Positions 61,549-64,000 of a stretch of DNA of 64,000 nt are shown in pieces (positions within the stretch are counted from its first letter, which is position 1; every line of letters begins with the position of its first letter). The position numbers and the translations under genes are program-made. The notes beneath the pieces are model-generated. The model was not told where the DNA came from and made no database searches. It saw only the letters and a program-made list of their open reading frames with translations. Origin of the DNA: an uncultured Alphaproteobacteria bacterium (GTDB taxonomy: Bacteria > Pseudomonadota > Alphaproteobacteria > SHNJ01); NCBI GenBank assembly GCA_964647725.1, contig CAZYJI010000003.1, positions 70,121-134,120 on the forward strand, in the 5' to 3' direction.

Positions 61549-62772
61549 TTAATGTTCCGCCCATTGGATAGATTTCAAATCAATGCCCTCTTGCACCATT
61601 TCCCATAACGGGCTCATGGCGCGCAGTTTTTTAACGGCGGTTGTAATATCATGTATCGCTGTATCAATATCTTTTTCCGTAGTGAATCGGCCAAAACCTA
61701 AACGCAACGATGTGTGCGCCAATTCTTCCTCAACACCCAATGCCCGCAATACATAAGATGGTTCTAATGACGCCGATGTACAGGCCGAACCAGACGATAC
61801 CGACAGATTTTTAATACCCATCATCAACGATTCGCCTTCAACGAAGGCAAAAGAAATATTCAAATTGCCCGCAATGCGCTGTTCCATATCGCCATTGATA
61901 TAAATTTCATCCAACTCTTTCCGAATACCGGCCAAGAAACGATCTTGCAGTTTTTTCAAACGCGCGGATTCCGTAGCCATTTCATTTTGCGCAATCTCGC
62001 ACGCGGTGCCCAGACCAACGCATAATGGGGTTGGCAAGGTGCCGGAACGCATGCCGCGTTCCTGGCCGCCGCCGGAAATCAATGCCATCAAGCGCACACG
62101 CGGTTTGCGGCGCACGAATAACGCGCCAATACCCTTTGGCCCATAAATCTTATGGCCCGAAATCGACAGCAAATCGATATTCATCGCCTCGACGTCAATC
62201 GGCATTTTACCGGTTGCTTGCGCGGCATCGGTATGGAAAAATACACCACGCTCGCGGCAGATTTTACCAATCGCGGCCAGATCCTGAATAACGCCGATTT
62301 CGTTATTAACCGCCATGATGGAAACCAACACGGTTTTATCGATGATGGCGGATTTCAATTCATTCAAATCGATCAAGCCATTTTGTTTGACCGGTAAATA
62401 CGTAACCGTGAAACCTTCTTGTTCCAAATGGCGGCAAGAATCCAGAACACATTTATGTTCGGTTACACAGGTAATAATGTGATTTTTTTTGTCTTTGTAA
62501 AATTGCGCAACGCCCTTGATCGCCAAATTGTTCGATTCGGTCGCGCCGGATGTGAACACGATTTCCTTGGCATCCGCATTGATCAACGATGCGATTTGTT
62601 CGCGCGCGGTTTCAACCGCATCTTCCGCTTCCCAGCCGAATAAATGGTTACGGCTATGCGGGTTGCCGAATTTTTCGGTGAAATACGGCATCATCGCGTC
62701 TAACACGCGTGGATCCATCGGCGTAGTTGCCTGATAATCCAAGTATACTGGTTTCTGCGATGGCGCGGCCAT
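61549..62772 (-). CDS. iscS: cysteine desulfurase IscS
   Basis: [14 protein letters not shown] with a C-terminal SSGSACTS active-Cys loop. Confidence 0.9.
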   Translation of the reverse strand: MAAPSQKPVYLDYQATTPMDPRVLDAMMPYFTEKFGNPHSRNHLFGWEAEDAVETAREQIASLINADAKEIVFTSGATESNNLAIKGVAQFYKDKKNHIITCVTEHKCVLDSCRHLEQEGFTVTYLPVKQNGLIDLNELKSAIIDKTVLVSIMAVNNEIGVIQDLAAIGKICRERGVFFHTDAAQATGKMPIDVEAMNIDLLSISGHKIYGPKGIGALFVRRKPRVRLMALISGGGQERGMRSGTLPTPLCVGLGTACEIAQNEMATESARLKKLQDRFLAGIRKELDEIYINGDMEQRIAGNLNISFAFVEGESLMMGIKNLSVSSGSACTSASLEPSYVLRALGVEEELAHTSLRLGFGRFTTEKDIDTAIHDITTAVKKLRAMSPLWEMVQEGIDLKSIQWAEH

Positions 62773-62836
62773 TGTGCGGTTTTGCGCGCGCTCCAGATTG
62801 ATTTCTTTTTTTACTGCCATTCCCATAACTAAGTTC

Positions 62837-63961
62837 CTATCCTGCTGCTTTTAAATTGGATTTAGAATAATTCTGATCTAACGATAAATAATTAACCAAA
62901 AATTCTTCGATATCGCTCGCGCCGCTGTTCCATCCAGCCGATACGCGCAAAGCGCAATCGGCGGCATCCGCGCCATATCCCATCGCCTGCAATACATGCG
63001 ACGGTTTAATTTTACCCGATGAACAAGCCGATCCGGCGCTAACCGCAACACCGGCCATATCGAGACGCATTAATTGCATATCGCTTTTCATCGCGGGCCA
63101 AATCAAACAAGTCGTGTTCGGCAAACGCTGAACATCCGATGCGATTACCTTCATCGCGCTGTTTCTGGCAATCGCGGTTTCCAATTGCTGTTGCAACCGG
63201 CGCATCGCCAGAATTTCGGCGGGCATTTTTTGTTTCAATTCCTGAATCATCGCGCCGAAACCGGCAATCGCGATCACATTCTCCGTGCCCGAACGGCGCG
63301 ACCGTTCCTGACCGCCGCCACGAATCAACGCAGTCAACGGTACCGCATCGGTAAATACCAACGCGCCAATACCTTGCGGGCCGCCGGATTTATGCGCGGC
63401 GATAGTCATTAAATCGACGCTCAATTGCGTAAAATCGATCGGCATTTTACCAATCGCCTGCACCGCATCGGTATGAACCAAAGCGCCGTATTTTTTGGCG
63501 ATCTCCACAATTTGTTTTACCGGCTGTATCACGCCGGTTTCATTATTCGCCAGCATCACCGACACCAGCGCCGGTTCCGCATTCGCCGCCAGCATTTGCT
63601 CCAGTGAATCCAAACGCACCACACCATTATGATCGACCGGAATAATTTCCGCGTTTTTATTCACCAGGCGCACCGAATCATGTTCGATCGCGGACACCAA
63701 AATCTGTTTGCGACCAGTGCATTGAATGGCGGTATTATTAGCCTCGGTCCCGCCGCTGGTGAAAATAATTTGATTTGCAATCGCGCCGATGAATCCGGCA
63801 ATTTCCAGCCGCGCCGATTCCACTTTTTGCCGCGCTTTGCGGCCGGATGCGTGAATCGACGACGCATTGCCGCAGGTCAGCATCGATGCCGCCATGGCCT
63901 GCGCCACCGCGGGACGCAGCGGAGCAGTTGCATTGTAATCAAGGTAAATCGTATCACGCAT
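62837..63961 (-). CDS. second cysteine desulfurase (NifS-like paralog upstream of iscS)
   Basis: Class V aminotransferase ([13 protein letters not shown] ... SAGSACSSG). Confidence 0.85.
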   Translation of the reverse strand: MRDTIYLDYNATAPLRPAVAQAMAASMLTCGNASSIHASGRKARQKVESARLEIAGFIGAIANQIIFTSGGTEANNTAIQCTGRKQILVSAIEHDSVRLVNKNAEIIPVDHNGVVRLDSLEQMLAANAEPALVSVMLANNETGVIQPVKQIVEIAKKYGALVHTDAVQAIGKMPIDFTQLSVDLMTIAAHKSGGPQGIGALVFTDAVPLTALIRGGGQERSRRSGTENVIAIAGFGAMIQELKQKMPAEILAMRRLQQQLETAIARNSAMKVIASDVQRLPNTTCLIWPAMKSDMQLMRLDMAGVAVSAGSACSSGKIKPSHVLQAMGYGADAADCALRVSAGWNSGASDIEEFLVNYLSLDQNYSKSNLKAAG

Positions 63962-64000
63962 TGGCTAATTTTTCTTCCTCAAGCTTGATGAATTTTACGT

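Noticed and set aside
1-64000. CRISPR arrays, transposases, integrases or phage genes
   Set aside because: No regularly spaced direct repeats or IS/integrase-like ORFs seen. The candidate insertions are single genes without recognisable mobility machinery.

Overview
This 64 kb window looks like alphaproteobacterial chromosomal core. The evidence is the class-typical gene set: rpsU divergent from a COQ9-family gene, DUF1013, DUF1192, two DUF465 genes, ZauP-ZapA, and a full ybgC-tolQRAB-pal-cpoB(ybgF) cluster. GC is roughly 48-50% by eye.

Most of the window is housekeeping and largely syntenic:
- purine and glycolysis: purEK, pfk, fbaB-gap-tkt (no pgk in the cluster)
- recombination and envelope: ruvC/ruvAB, the Tol-Pal cluster with tilS-ftsH-folP
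- cofactors and translation: efp, thiE/thiD, glmM, def, mnmA
- iron-sulfur: a complete ISC operon (nifS-like, iscS, iscU, iscA, hscB, hscA, fdx, iscX) plus cyaY

Two RNA genes missing from the ORF track are proposed. One is a tRNA with anticodon CAT at 56465-56539 (minus strand). The other is a probable 6S RNA (ssrS) at about 32541-32705, immediately upstream of the 5-formyl-THF cyclo-ligase gene.

Accessory or unusual content sits between the core genes:
- A CADD/CT610-type diiron protein (the self-sacrificing pABA synthase family) inserted between ruvC and ruvA with its own terminator, while folP lies in the same window.
- A transketolase gene broken by a single in-frame TAG.
- An argR gene divergent from an amidinotransferase-fold (arginine deiminase/DDAH-like) enzyme, with phased TTATGC repeats in the shared leader.
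- An orphan signalling module: a receiver-like protein, an Hpt protein with tandem repeats, and a response regulator with an arginine-rich C-terminal tail.
- Several low-GC secreted or lipoprotein genes that read as insertions into otherwise conserved syntenic blocks.

No CRISPR array, transposase or integrase was recognised.
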